From Erysipelotrichaceae bacterium (GTDB lineage: Bacteria > Bacillota_I > Bacilli_A > Erysipelotrichales > Erysipelotrichaceae): DNA of 40,955 nucleotides. Under the pieces are notes generated by a model. The model did no database searches, was not told where the DNA came from, and saw nothing but the letters and a program-made list of their open reading frames with translations. This document shows positions 32,512 through 40,955 of the stretch, piece after piece; positions within the stretch are counted from its first letter, which is position 1, and the number at the start of each line of letters is the position of its first letter. The position numbers were made by a program, and so were the translations under genes. The stretch lies in NCBI GenBank assembly GCA_017560205.1, contig JAFYOL010000025.1, forward strand, positions 1 through 40,955, in the 5' to 3' direction.

Positions 32512-34206
32512 ATGAAAGAACTTTTATATTTAAACAAGCATATGGCACTGATCAACTTTTCCAAGTCCTATTACACAACGACGGATGAGCTGATTTCAAG
32601 TGATTCATTTGATTTGTTTCTGAGTGCATTTTTAAAGGATTATGAACTGTCTCATCCACGTATGTATCGCTGGCTGGTACAGGATCTGCCTTTGAATGAA
32701 GTGAAAAAAGATTTGAAGCGTTTAATGAAAGTGCTGATGGTGCTTGATCGTGATGAAGTGCAGCATCCGCTTATTAAAGAAAGTGATAAACTGCTTCAGG
32801 TTGTAGAAGATGCGTATCGTTTCTGGAGAAACATGCAGCGTTATTCTCTGATTCATACAAAAAACCGTGAAGGTCTGGAACATTCCAACTTCATTGAAGC
32901 GGACAACACATACAATCAGATGATTCTGAATATGTATCGTACAATTCAGCAGAAAGTACAGGGGTCTAAAAACCGTGTATATCGTCAGCTTCAGGCAGGG
33001 ACAAATGCATCTTTCTTCCTGAATCGTTATGAATGGAATATCCCTGCAGAATATGAACAGCTGCGTTCAATTCCTTTCATCAATAAGATTCTGTTGAGAA
33101 CTCCACTGATTATTCATACCAAGTCCAACAAGCGTCATGGTATGTTTACTCAGGCTCTCACAAATCCAATTTTTGAATTTGTGAATTCAAATGATGAATG
33201 GTTCTGTTTCCCATGCCGTGTGGGCAAACTGCTGACATTCTTCTATTTCCATCGTGATTACACACCGTCTGCAGTCGCTTTAAGCAATCTGTTTGAACTG
33301 GCTGCTGAAAGTGAATGTGTTGGTCATAAACCAGACTGCATCGTGCTGTTTGGAAATCCAGATGGAAAGAAAGACACAACATTCTACCATGATGTGAAAC
33401 ATGATATCTGGGTAGGGAAAGTGTCTTATGATGATGTGATTCATTACTTTGGTTATACAAAGAAGATGTGTCTGACTCTGCACAATCTGTGTGTCATGGA
33501 AAAAGGCTGGCTGCCGCTTCATGGGGCAATGATCAATCTGCATATGAAAGATGGATCAAAGAAGGGTCTTGTGTTTATCGGTGACTCTGGTGCTGGTAAA
33601 TCTGAAACAATTGAAGCTCTGTCTGCAGTTGCCAAAGATGAAATTCTGTACAGCGAAGTCGTCTTCGATGACATGGGTTCCATGCATCTTGTGAATGATC
33701 AGCTGAAGGCACAGGGTACTGAAATTGGTGCATTTGTGCGTCTGGATGATTTGGATAAGGGAACAGCTTATCGTGATATTGACCGTTCCGTGTTCTTCAA
33801 CCCTGAAAACATGAATGCTCGTATCGTTATTCCGGCTGCACCATATAAGGTCGTCGTAGAAGATCATGATATTGATATGGTCATCTATGCCAACAACTAT
33901 GATGACAAGCGTGGTTTAAAGCGTTTCACAGACCGTGAAGAAGCGAAGAAGACATTCCTCGAAGGAAAGCGTTTTGCCTTAGGTACAACATCAGAAAATG
34001 GTTTAAGCAGCACATTCTTTGCGAATCCATTCGGGCCGATGCAGAAACAGGCACAGTGCTATCCAATCTTCAACCAGATGTTTGATGCAATGTTTGATAA
34101 GGACATTTTTGTCGGAGAAATCTACACTTGTCTGGGACTTCCTAACAAGGGTGAAGATGGTTTGAAAATTGCAGCGCGTGAACTGCTGGAAGAAATCAAG
34201 AAATAG
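32512..34206 (+). CDS. Uncharacterised protein with a C-terminal HPr kinase/phosphorylase-like P-loop domain
   Basis: The ATG at 32512 (MKELLYLNKH...) follows AAGGGGGAA and lies 1 nt after the upstream stop. LHGAMINLHMKDGSKKGLVFIGDSGAGKSETIEAL (P-loop codons 33580..33606) closely parallels the HprK motif HG..v...G.GvLi.GdSGvGKSE. VVFDDMG parallels HprK LVADD. I do not recognise the N-terminal 330 aa or so. Confidence 0.6.
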   Translation: MKELLYLNKHMALINFSKSYYTTTDELISSDSFDLFLSAFLKDYELSHPRMYRWLVQDLPLNEVKKDLKRLMKVLMVLDRDEVQHPLIKESDKLLQVVEDAYRFWRNMQRYSLIHTKNREGLEHSNFIEADNTYNQMILNMYRTIQQKVQGSKNRVYRQLQAGTNASFFLNRYEWNIPAEYEQLRSIPFINKILLRTPLIIHTKSNKRHGMFTQALTNPIFEFVNSNDEWFCFPCRVGKLLTFFYFHRDYTPSAVALSNLFELAAESECVGHKPDCIVLFGNPDGKKDTTFYHDVKHDIWVGKVSYDDVIHYFGYTKKMCLTLHNLCVMEKGWLPLHGAMINLHMKDGSKKGLVFIGDSGAGKSETIEALSAVAKDEILYSEVVFDDMGSMHLVNDQLKAQGTEIGAFVRLDDLDKGTAYRDIDRSVFFNPENMNARIVIPAAPYKVVVEDHDIDMVIYANNYDDKRGLKRFTDREEAKKTFLEGKRFALGTTSENGLSSTFFANPFGPMQKQAQCYPIFNQMFDAMFDKDIFVGEIYTCLGLPNKGEDGLKIAARELLEEIKK

Positions 34207-34231
34207 TGGACTTTCATCAAGTCCACTTTTT
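34205..34231 (+). terminator. Intrinsic terminator
   Basis: AGTGGACT-TTCATCA-AGTCCACT is followed by TTTTTAT. Confidence 0.75.
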
Positions 34232-34688
34232 ATATGCATAGAATCATGGTTCCAATCCATAGAAGTGAAAGCCATTTTGATTGAACAAGTGAAACAGGTC
34301 GAATCCATAGAAATATCAGATGAAACATGAATACGAATGATAAAAATTGATGAACAGGAAGTTGTTCAAAACCGGCAAGAAGACCAAACCCAAATTCATT
34401 CAGACACAACAAAGAATCATGTGTATCCTTGATAAAACTGAATTTTCTGGTTTTTGGATGCAGATGATACAACAGTACAAACATCAGACAGATCTGAGTC
34501 AGCTCATCTGCGCTGTACCATAACAGATTCAGCACAAAGGATGAACATAAGACACCTGCATAAGCACAGATCATACTGAAAAGAATAGTCTTTATTCTCT
34601 TTGATGTGTTCATATGATTGGTGTACCACCAGAAATCCAAAGCTGCATATCCTGCAAACAATCCGCACAACATGATTTTCATTGGCAT
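34230..34688 (-). CDS. Hypothetical membrane protein
   Basis: The ORF track gives 34230..34763. The likely start is MPMKIMLCGLFAGY... at 34688. With the longer start it would overlap the divergent deacetylase gene. It has 4-5 predicted TM segments. Confidence 0.5.
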   Translation of the reverse strand: MPMKIMLCGLFAGYAALDFWWYTNHMNTSKRIKTILFSMICAYAGVLCSSFVLNLLWYSADELTQICLMFVLLYHLHPKTRKFSFIKDTHDSLLCLNEFGFGLLAGFEQLPVHQFLSFVFMFHLIFLWIRPVSLVQSKWLSLLWIGTMILCI

Positions 34689-34756
34689 CACCTGATAAAT
34701 TGTATGATGTTGTCGTATTTGAGGATGGGCAGACATACACTGAATCGGGTGATACC

Positions 34757-35494
34757 ATGTCAACAGGAGTAAAGACCGTGTTGTTTGCGATGTTTGTATT
34801 GCTTAGTGCAGTTGTTTTGCATCATAGCAATAAAGACACAAGTGTGTTTGAAATTCAGATTGGAAGTCGTATTCTGGACACCAGAAAACCGATGGTTGCC
34901 TTGACTTATGATGATGGACCACATCCAGGCATTACAGATGAAATCCTGGATATTCTGGATCAGCACGATTCAGTGGCGACTTTCTTTGTGGTGGGTGAGC
35001 GCATTGAGAAAAATGCAGATACATTGAAAAGAGCGATTTCATTGAATTGTGAACTTGGACATCATACGTATTCTCACAAGGATATGTCAAAACTTTCAAA
35101 AGATCAGCTGAGTGAACAGCTGGACAAGACCCAGCAGGCACTTTCTGATTATGTGGATTCGGATTATCTGTTGAAGATTGCCCGTCCTACTTTCGGCAAT
35201 ACCTCCACAACCTTATTGAATTACATGGAATATCCGTTGATTCTGTGGTCGATTGATACACGAGACTGGGCGCATCAGAACGCAGATAAAAGTGTTGCGG
35301 AAGTTCTGATGCATGTACAGGATGGGGACATCATTTTGATGCATGATGATTATGATGCGACAGTGCAAGCGACGAAAATTCTAGTACCTGAACTGGTCAA
35401 AAGAGGATATCAGCTGGTCAGTGTCTCTGAGTTGTTTACGTACAAACAGATTGAACTTGTACCTGCAAGAATTTACAAATCAGCTCATGAATAG
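34757..35494 (+). CDS. Polysaccharide deacetylase (NodB homology, CE4) with N-terminal membrane anchor
   Basis: The motifs are LTYDDGP, HHTYSH, RPTFG and ILMHD. The ATG at 34757 (MSTGVKTVLFAMFVLLSAVVL...) is the likely start of the track ORF 34682..35494. Confidence 0.85.
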   Translation: MSTGVKTVLFAMFVLLSAVVLHHSNKDTSVFEIQIGSRILDTRKPMVALTYDDGPHPGITDEILDILDQHDSVATFFVVGERIEKNADTLKRAISLNCELGHHTYSHKDMSKLSKDQLSEQLDKTQQALSDYVDSDYLLKIARPTFGNTSTTLLNYMEYPLILWSIDTRDWAHQNADKSVAEVLMHVQDGDIILMHDDYDATVQATKILVPELVKRGYQLVSVSELFTYKQIELVPARIYKSAHE

Positions 35495-35516
35495 TAGAAT
35501 GGTTATGGTGATAAAA

Positions 35517-36254
35517 ATGAAAACAATTACGTCAGTTTCCAATCCTTTGGTGAAGGCGTGGAAAAAACTGGATACAAAAAAAGGAAGAAGAGAAGCAAAG
35601 GAGTTTCTGATTGAAGGTGAACATCTGATTGAAGAAGCACTTCGTTACAACCGTGTACAGCATATTCTGCTTCTGGAAGGGCTGGATCATAAGTTTCTCT
35701 CTTATGACAATGTCATTCTGGTTTCACAGAAAGTGCTGGATGAGCTGAGTTCTACGATTTCCAAGGCACAGATGATGGCCGTGTGCACTATTGAAGAAAA
35801 AGCAGTGGAGATAAGAAATCGTGTTGTGCTTCTGGATGGTGTACAGGATCCAGGTAATCTTGGAACGATTGTACGTACTGCAGTCAGCTTTGGTTATGAT
35901 CAGGTGATTCTTTCCAAAGAATGTGTTGATTTGTACAATGAGAAGGTTGTCCGTTCAACTCAGGGGGCTTTGTTTGCGATGAGTGTTGTGATTAAAGATC
36001 TTCCAGAAGAAATCAAAACATTGAAACAGGAAGGCTTGATGGTTTATGGTACTTCACTTCATGAAGCTGTGTTTATGAAAAACAGAAAAAAAGCACAGCG
36101 TGTAGCGCTTGTGCTTGGCAATGAAGGTTCAGGTGTATCCGATGTCGTGTTGCATGAATGTGATCAGAATCTGATGATTGAAATGGATCAGTTTGAATCT
36201 TTGAATGTTGCGGTTGCCGCAGGCATCGCAATGTATACATTACGATATGAATAA
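35517..36254 (+). CDS. TrmH/SpoU family RNA methyltransferase (YsgA-like)
   Basis: MKTITSVSNPLVKAWKKL...FLIEGEHLIEEAL is the N-domain. The SpoU motifs are LLDGVQDPGNLGTIVRTA, LVLGNEGSGVS and IEMDQFESLNVAVAAGIAMY. The ATG at 35517 lies within track ORF 35421..36254. Confidence 0.8.
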   Translation: MKTITSVSNPLVKAWKKLDTKKGRREAKEFLIEGEHLIEEALRYNRVQHILLLEGLDHKFLSYDNVILVSQKVLDELSSTISKAQMMAVCTIEEKAVEIRNRVVLLDGVQDPGNLGTIVRTAVSFGYDQVILSKECVDLYNEKVVRSTQGALFAMSVVIKDLPEEIKTLKQEGLMVYGTSLHEAVFMKNRKKAQRVALVLGNEGSGVSDVVLHECDQNLMIEMDQFESLNVAVAAGIAMYTLRYE

Positions 36255-36255
36255 G

Positions 36256-36280
36256 AAAAGGACCTTTGAAAGGTCCTTTT
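36256..36280. terminator. Bidirectional intrinsic terminator
   Basis: AAAAGGACCT-TTGAA-AGGTCCTTTT forms a 10-bp stem that includes A and T runs. It sits between convergent genes. Confidence 0.85.
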
Positions 36281-37574
36281 AATCTACCATGTAAAGCATG
36301 TAGTATTCGTCAAATGTAAGCTTTGAGTTGTAGATCTTTGTGGCAAGATCAGTACCTACATAACGCCAGTGCCAAGGTTCTGCACTGTAGCCAGTGATGT
36401 CTTCCTTGCCTTCTGGATAACGCAGGATCCAGCCATACTTGTGAGCGTTGCTCAGCATCCACTGGTATTCCTGTGATTCACCGAACTTCGACAGACCACC
36501 GTTTGTAGTAGATGCGATATCAACTGTCAGACCTGTCTGATGTTCACTGTGACCAGGACGTGCAGCAATTGTATCAGCTTCTTCTTCACCATAGCGTCTT
36601 ACATAAGTATCGTATAAATCAGCCTGATATGTATAATCTCTGTAAGCACTTGATGCATACATCACAGGGTTCTTGGCTTCAAATGCAGTCTTTGCAGCAT
36701 CGCACATCTGTTTAAAAGCTTCATAAGCTTCAGCATTGAGTGTCAGTCCTTTCGATGCATAGACAACAGACATGTTTTCCAAAGAGCCAGGTACGTAGTC
36801 ACTTGACAGATAGTAGCGCTTGTTGACCATCGTTTCGATGGAACCCTGGTTTTCTGTCTGTTCAGTTTCTGCGTAGTAAGTGATGTAGTTTCCTGAAAGT
36901 GTGAATGCACTCTGTGAGTTGACAACGCGGTGTGTATCAACGTCTCTGATGTACGCTGTTACATCTTCAACATAATCAAATACAAGCAGTGGTGTCATTT
37001 CCCAGAATTCAAGGGCACTGAACATAGAGAGCACATCACTCTTTTCATAGCCTTTTAAGATCAGTTTTGAGTAAAGCAGGAAATCATCATTTGTCAGTGA
37101 ATCTGTATTCAGATACAGGTCAATGAATTCTTTTCTGAAGCTTTCTTTTGTGATGCTGTTGTTCAGATTGTCTGAATACAGGCTTCCTTCAAGAATCATG
37201 CCTTCCCACTTCAATTCATAAATCTTTTCGATCGCTTCTTCAGAATAACCTAACTTTTTCAGGTTGCTTCTGTCGACCATGCCAGGGATTGTCAACATGC
37301 CGACAACTGTCAGAATCAGTGCTGCAATCACTGCAAGCAGGATTTTGGCACTCTTTTTCAGTTTGACACGTTTTGTCTGTTTAGGTGCAGACTCAGATTT
37401 CTTGAACTGAGGTAATTTGATTTTAGGGAGTTTGATTTTTGAAAGATCAACTTTAGGTAAATTGAGTTTAGGAAGTTCAAAATCTTCGTCTTCAATGATT
37501 TCTTCTGCAGTATCTTCTACAGTTTCTTCAACTTCTTCAACGATTTCTTCCTGTACATTTGGCTTTTCTTCCAT
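36279..37574 (-). CDS. VanY-type D-alanyl-D-alanine carboxypeptidase (peptidase M15B) with acidic/LPK-repeat tail and TM anchor
   Basis: 431 aa. The C-terminal motifs are PGHSEHQTGLTVDI and AEPWHWRYVG (zinc ligands). A TM helix reads ILLAVIAALILTVVGMLTI. The N-terminus is MEEKPNVQEEIVEEVEETVEDTAEEIIEDEDFELPKLNLPKVDLSKIKLPKIKLPQFKK. Confidence 0.8.
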   Translation of the reverse strand: MEEKPNVQEEIVEEVEETVEDTAEEIIEDEDFELPKLNLPKVDLSKIKLPKIKLPQFKKSESAPKQTKRVKLKKSAKILLAVIAALILTVVGMLTIPGMVDRSNLKKLGYSEEAIEKIYELKWEGMILEGSLYSDNLNNSITKESFRKEFIDLYLNTDSLTNDDFLLYSKLILKGYEKSDVLSMFSALEFWEMTPLLVFDYVEDVTAYIRDVDTHRVVNSQSAFTLSGNYITYYAETEQTENQGSIETMVNKRYYLSSDYVPGSLENMSVVYASKGLTLNAEAYEAFKQMCDAAKTAFEAKNPVMYASSAYRDYTYQADLYDTYVRRYGEEEADTIAARPGHSEHQTGLTVDIASTTNGGLSKFGESQEYQWMLSNAHKYGWILRYPEGKEDITGYSAEPWHWRYVGTDLATKIYNSKLTFDEYYMLYMVD

Positions 37575-37578
37575 TGGG

Positions 37579-38274
37579 TTACCTCCTGAATGTTGTAAAT
37601 GGTGTACGATCTGGAAGGGATGATGTAAAGGTCATCACTTCTTTTGTCGTTGGGTGAATCAGAGTCAGTTTTGTTGCCCACAGAGCAATCTGCTGACCTG
37701 GTTTTGCAGTTTTGTTGTAGCGTTGATCACCCCACAGCGCCATATTTCTGGATGAAAACTGAACTCGAATCTGATGAGAACGTCCTGTTTTCAGGTTGAT
37801 TTTAACCAGATTGAGGCCGTTTTGAGAGTCGACCAGTTCATAGTCCAATACTGCATGTTTTGCGTTTGGTGTTCCTTTTTTAACAGCTTTGACTGTGTTT
37901 GTGCGATGATCTTTCAACAGTTCATCGACCAATGTGTCTTTCTGTTTAGGAAAACCTGTGACAACGGCATGGTATTCTTTCTGAAACAGTTCATGAGAAG
38001 ATACCTGTGCACTCAGTCGTGAAGCCGCTTTTGATGTTTTCGCAAACACCATCACTCCACCTACAGGACGATCCAGACGATGCACAAGACCAAGATAAAC
38101 TTCACCTGGCTTGTTGTATCTGACTTTGATGTCCTGTTTTAAAATGGTCAGAAGATCTTCATCCTTTGACTCATCTTCCATCACGGGGATGTTGGATGGT
38201 TTTTCAACCACCAGAAGATGATTGTCCTCATAGAGGATGTTTATTCTTTTGTCCATTTTCCATAGATGCCGCAT
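37579..38274 (-). CDS. RluA family pseudouridine synthase
   Basis: 231 aa. The catalytic motif is HRLDRPVGGVMVFAKT, and HQIRVQF is near the C-terminus. It overlaps the upstream gene. A shorter start MDKRINILY... at 38256 is possible. Confidence 0.85.
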   Translation of the reverse strand: MRHLWKMDKRINILYEDNHLLVVEKPSNIPVMEDESKDEDLLTILKQDIKVRYNKPGEVYLGLVHRLDRPVGGVMVFAKTSKAASRLSAQVSSHELFQKEYHAVVTGFPKQKDTLVDELLKDHRTNTVKAVKKGTPNAKHAVLDYELVDSQNGLNLVKINLKTGRSHQIRVQFSSRNMALWGDQRYNKTAKPGQQIALWATKLTLIHPTTKEVMTFTSSLPDRTPFTTFRR

Positions 38275-39116
38275 GGCAGCACCAGATCTGAATTTGAAAT
38301 CGGCAATGCAACTTCACCAGTCTGTACTTTGCCATGAGGATATTTCTTTAAAACAGTCATCTTCATGATGTTTTCAAGTACAGTTGCACTGAATCCAGTT
38401 GTATAGCTGTTTACTAAGAAGAACAGTGGTTCATCTTCCAGAATGTCCATGCATTTTTCAATCAATGGTACAATCTGTTCTTCCAGTTTCCAAAGTTCAT
38501 TGTTTGGACCACGTCCATAAGATGGAGGATCCATTAAGATGGCATGATACTTTCTGCCGCGACGTGCTTCTCTTTCAACAAACTTGACACAGTCATCAAT
38601 GATGAAACGGATCTTGTTGTTGGACAGATGAGAAAGTTCCATGTTTTCTTTTGCCCACTGAATCATGCCTTTGGATGCATCAACGTGCACTACTTCTGCA
38701 GCACCTGCAGCTGAAAGTGCCATTGTTGCACCACCTGTATAGGCAAACAGATTCAGAACTTTGATTTCTCTTGAATCATTTTTGATGGCTTCACTCATCC
38801 AGTCCCAGTTGACTGCCTGTTCAGGGAACAAGCCTGTGTGTTTGAATCCTGTAGGAGATACTTTGAATCGCAGATCCTTGTATTCTACTGTCCAGTATTC
38901 AGGCAGTTTTTTGGAGAAAGTCCATGAACCTCCTCCTTTATTTGAACGATGATAGTGACCATCATTTTTCTTCCAGAGATTTTCATTTTTTGTATGTGGC
39001 CAGATAGCCGTTGGATCAGGTCTTCTGAGGATAACATTTCCCCATCTTTCCAGCTTTTCGCCGTTGCCCGCATCCAGAATTTCATAATCTTTCCAGTTAT
39101 TTGCAGTCTTTTTCAT
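38241..39116 (-). CDS. Class I SAM-dependent (rRNA) methyltransferase, RlmI/YwbD-like
   Basis: 291 aa. The SAM motif is VLNLFAYTGGATMALSAAGAAEVVHVDAS, and ILMDPPSYG (a DPP motif) is present. Confidence 0.75.
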   Translation of the reverse strand: MKKTANNWKDYEILDAGNGEKLERWGNVILRRPDPTAIWPHTKNENLWKKNDGHYHRSNKGGGSWTFSKKLPEYWTVEYKDLRFKVSPTGFKHTGLFPEQAVNWDWMSEAIKNDSREIKVLNLFAYTGGATMALSAAGAAEVVHVDASKGMIQWAKENMELSHLSNNKIRFIIDDCVKFVEREARRGRKYHAILMDPPSYGRGPNNELWKLEEQIVPLIEKCMDILEDEPLFFLVNSYTTGFSATVLENIMKMTVLKKYPHGKVQTGEVALPISNSDLVLPCGIYGKWTKE

Positions 39117-39240
39117 AATCTTTCCTCTGATGTATTATAACATGAAATTGTACCAGTTTAAAAAGAAGTGTCAAACTGTTTTCGTTTTCTTTTCATTTTC
39201 TAGAAGGATAGTTTCTGATATACTGAAGTACGGTGATATT

Positions 39241-40955
39241 ATGTTGAACAATTTAAATCCAAATCAGAAAAAAGCAGTCATCACTGAAAATCATTATGTG
39301 CGCATTATTGCAGGTGCAGGTTCAGGGAAGACACGTGTTTTGACCAGTCGTATTGCCTGGCTGATTAAAAATAGAATGGCATTTCCAAATCAGATTCTGG
39401 CGATTACATTTACAAACAAAGCGGCCAATGAAATGAAGGAACGTGTAGCCAAAATGATGGAACAGTCTGGATCGATGGTCTGGATTTCTACGATTCATTC
39501 GTTATGTGTGCGTATTCTGCGTGAAGATATTCACTGCATGGGGATGCCTAGAAACTTTACAGTCATGGATGCCGATGATCAGAAGGCAATCTTAAAAGAA
39601 GCTTATAAGGAACTGGGACTGGATAAGACAAGTCTCTCCTTCGGTTCTGCCCTTGATTATATTTCTGCCAACAAGTGTGAAGAAATATCAGTAGAGCGTG
39701 CGTATTTGCTGGCAGGACAGCTTCCAGGAGAAAAGCGCAAAGCTCAGGTCTATGACTATTATGTAAAAAGACAGAATGCCTTGTATGCCTTGGACTTTGA
39801 TGATTTACTGCTGGTGACAGTACGTATGTTCCGACAGTTTGCGGAAGTGCTGGATAAATGGCAGAAGCGTTTTACGCATATTCATGTCGATGAGTTTCAG
39901 GATATTGACCGTATTCAGTATGAACTGATTCGTCATTTGGCAGGAAGAAAAAATGATGTGTATGTTGTAGGGGATCCTGACCAGACCATTTATACATGGC
40001 GTGGTGCAGATGTGAACATCATCATGAATTTTGAAAAGGATTTTGCGCCGTGTGAAACCATCATTCTGAATGAAAACTATCGTTCTACACCACAGATTCT
40101 TGAAGGGGCCAACTCTTTGATTGTAAACAACAGAAACCGTGTAGAAAAGGCATTGTATACATCCAATGCGGATGCTGAAAAGATTACTCATTATTCAAGT
40201 GCATCGGATGAGTATGAAGCACGCTGGATTGCGACTAAGATGAGTGAGCTGCACAAAAAGGGAAAAGAATGGAAAGATATGGCAGTGCTGTATCGTTCCA
40301 ACTATCTGTCTCGTGCCATTGAAAAAGGTTTATTGGATGAACATATTCCGTACATCATTTTTGGTGGTGTGAAGTTCTATGAACGTGCTGAAATCAAGGA
40401 TGCACTCTGTTATCTGAGAATGATTTCAGGTGGTGATGATCTGGCGTTGATGCGCATTTTAAACAAGCCGAAACGAGGTCTTGGCAACAAGAGTACCGAT
40501 ACGATTCTTAAGAAAGCTCAGGAAGATGGCACATCGATGTATGAAGCGATGAAGAATCATAAGCTGTTCAGCGGCAAGAATCAGAAGACCATTGATGAAT
40601 TTGTCGCAATGATTGAGCGCTGGCGTAAAAAGGCAAGTGAAGGGACTGAAATCTTCAAACTGCTGGAAATGGCGATTGATGAATCTGGATATAGAAGCAT
40701 GCTGGAAGATGACAAGGAAATTGAACGTCTTGAAAACTTAAAGGAACTCATTGCCGATGTACAGTCTTTCAGTGTGAATTATCCTGAAAGTGATCTGGAA
40801 GAATATCTGCAGCTGGTTTCACTGTATGGGGATAAATCAGAAATGGAAACAGGTCAGGCTGTGCAGCTGATGACAGTGCATGCTTCAAAGGGACTTGAAT
40901 TTGATACCGTGTTCTTGTGCGGTATGAATGATGGCGTGTTCCCATCAGAACGTTC
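39241..40955 (+). CDS. pcrA: ATP-dependent DNA helicase PcrA (UvrD family), 5' part (runs off the window)
   Basis: The frame is open from the ATG at 39241 to the window end. MLNNLNPNQKKAVITENHYVRIIAGAGSGKTRVLTSRIAWLI carries helicase motifs Q and I. Also present are FTNKAANEM, HVDEFQDI (motif II), VGDPDQTIYTWRGA and ...VHASKGLEFDTVFLCGMNDGVFPSER. Confidence 0.9.
   Translation, partial: MLNNLNPNQKKAVITENHYVRIIAGAGSGKTRVLTSRIAWLIKNRMAFPNQILAITFTNKAANEMKERVAKMMEQSGSMVWISTIHSLCVRILREDIHCMGMPRNFTVMDADDQKAILKEAYKELGLDKTSLSFGSALDYISANKCEEISVERAYLLAGQLPGEKRKAQVYDYYVKRQNALYALDFDDLLLVTVRMFRQFAEVLDKWQKRFTHIHVDEFQDIDRIQYELIRHLAGRKNDVYVVGDPDQTIYTWRGADVNIIMNFEKDFAPCETIILNENYRSTPQILEGANSLIVNNRNRVEKALYTSNADAEKITHYSSASDEYEARWIATKMSELHKKGKEWKDMAVLYRSNYLSRAIEKGLLDEHIPYIIFGGVKFYERAEIKDALCYLRMISGGDDLALMRILNKPKRGLGNKSTDTILKKAQEDGTSMYEAMKNHKLFSGKNQKTIDEFVAMIERWRKKASEGTEIFKLLEMAIDESGYRSMLEDDKEIERLENLKELIADVQSFSVNYPESDLEEYLQLVSLYGDKSEMETGQAVQLMTVHASKGLEFDTVFLCGMNDGVFPSER

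Noticed and set aside
39805-40191. A 128-aa minus-strand ORF inside pcrA.
   Set aside because: It lies wholly antisense to conserved helicase motifs II-IV of PcrA, with no RBS.
1-40955. Search by eye for CRISPR repeats, IS inverted repeats or transposases, integrases, reverse transcriptases, toxin-antitoxin pairs and known multi-gene defence systems.
   Set aside because: None was found. All intergenic regions longer than 100 bp are accounted for by promoters, terminators, the tRNA array or the tRNA-like gene. Absence is based on visual inspection only and should be confirmed with dedicated tools.

Overview
This is a 40,955-bp chromosomal segment from a low-GC Gram-positive bacterium, probably an anaerobic member of the Bacillota. 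Supporting signs are AGGAGG-type ribosome binding sites, many TGnTATAAT extended -10 promoters, tRNA genes that encode CCA, a CIRCE operator and a desulfoferrodoxin gene. Finer taxonomy cannot be read by eye. I call 42 protein-coding genes, two cut by the window edges and one a speculative 39-codon ORF. I also call a nine-gene tRNA array (Val-Thr-Tyr-Gln-Lys-Gly-Val-Thr-Gly), one tRNA-like RNA gene, and several promoters, operators and intrinsic terminators.

The content is mostly housekeeping:
- Stress and redox: htpG, desulfoferrodoxin, two large OYE/FAD flavoenzymes.
- Glycolysis: pgk-tpiA.
- Cell envelope: alr, uppP, a CcdA-thioredoxin fusion, a polysaccharide deacetylase, a VanY-type peptidase.
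- Transport: two MATE pumps and a ThrE pair.
- RNA modification: a dense set comprising a YrrN/YrrO U32 pair, two TrmH/SpoU methyltransferases, an RluA synthase and an RlmI-like methyltransferase.
- DNA repair and replication: ogt and the 5' part of pcrA.

I see no CRISPR array, IS element, integrase, prophage or recognisable multi-gene defence system.

The observations most worth follow-up are:
1. A promoter- and terminator-equipped tRNA-Ala-like RNA that lacks an anticodon arm (6916..6986, minus strand).
2. An adjacent insert of about 28% GC carrying a single AAA-ATPase/DUF4143 gene behind a palindromic operator.
3. A 564-aa protein with an HPr-kinase-type P-loop domain, translationally coupled to tRNA-modification genes.
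4. A CIRCE/HrcA operator in front of htpG.

All functional calls come from reading motifs by eye. No database search was possible.
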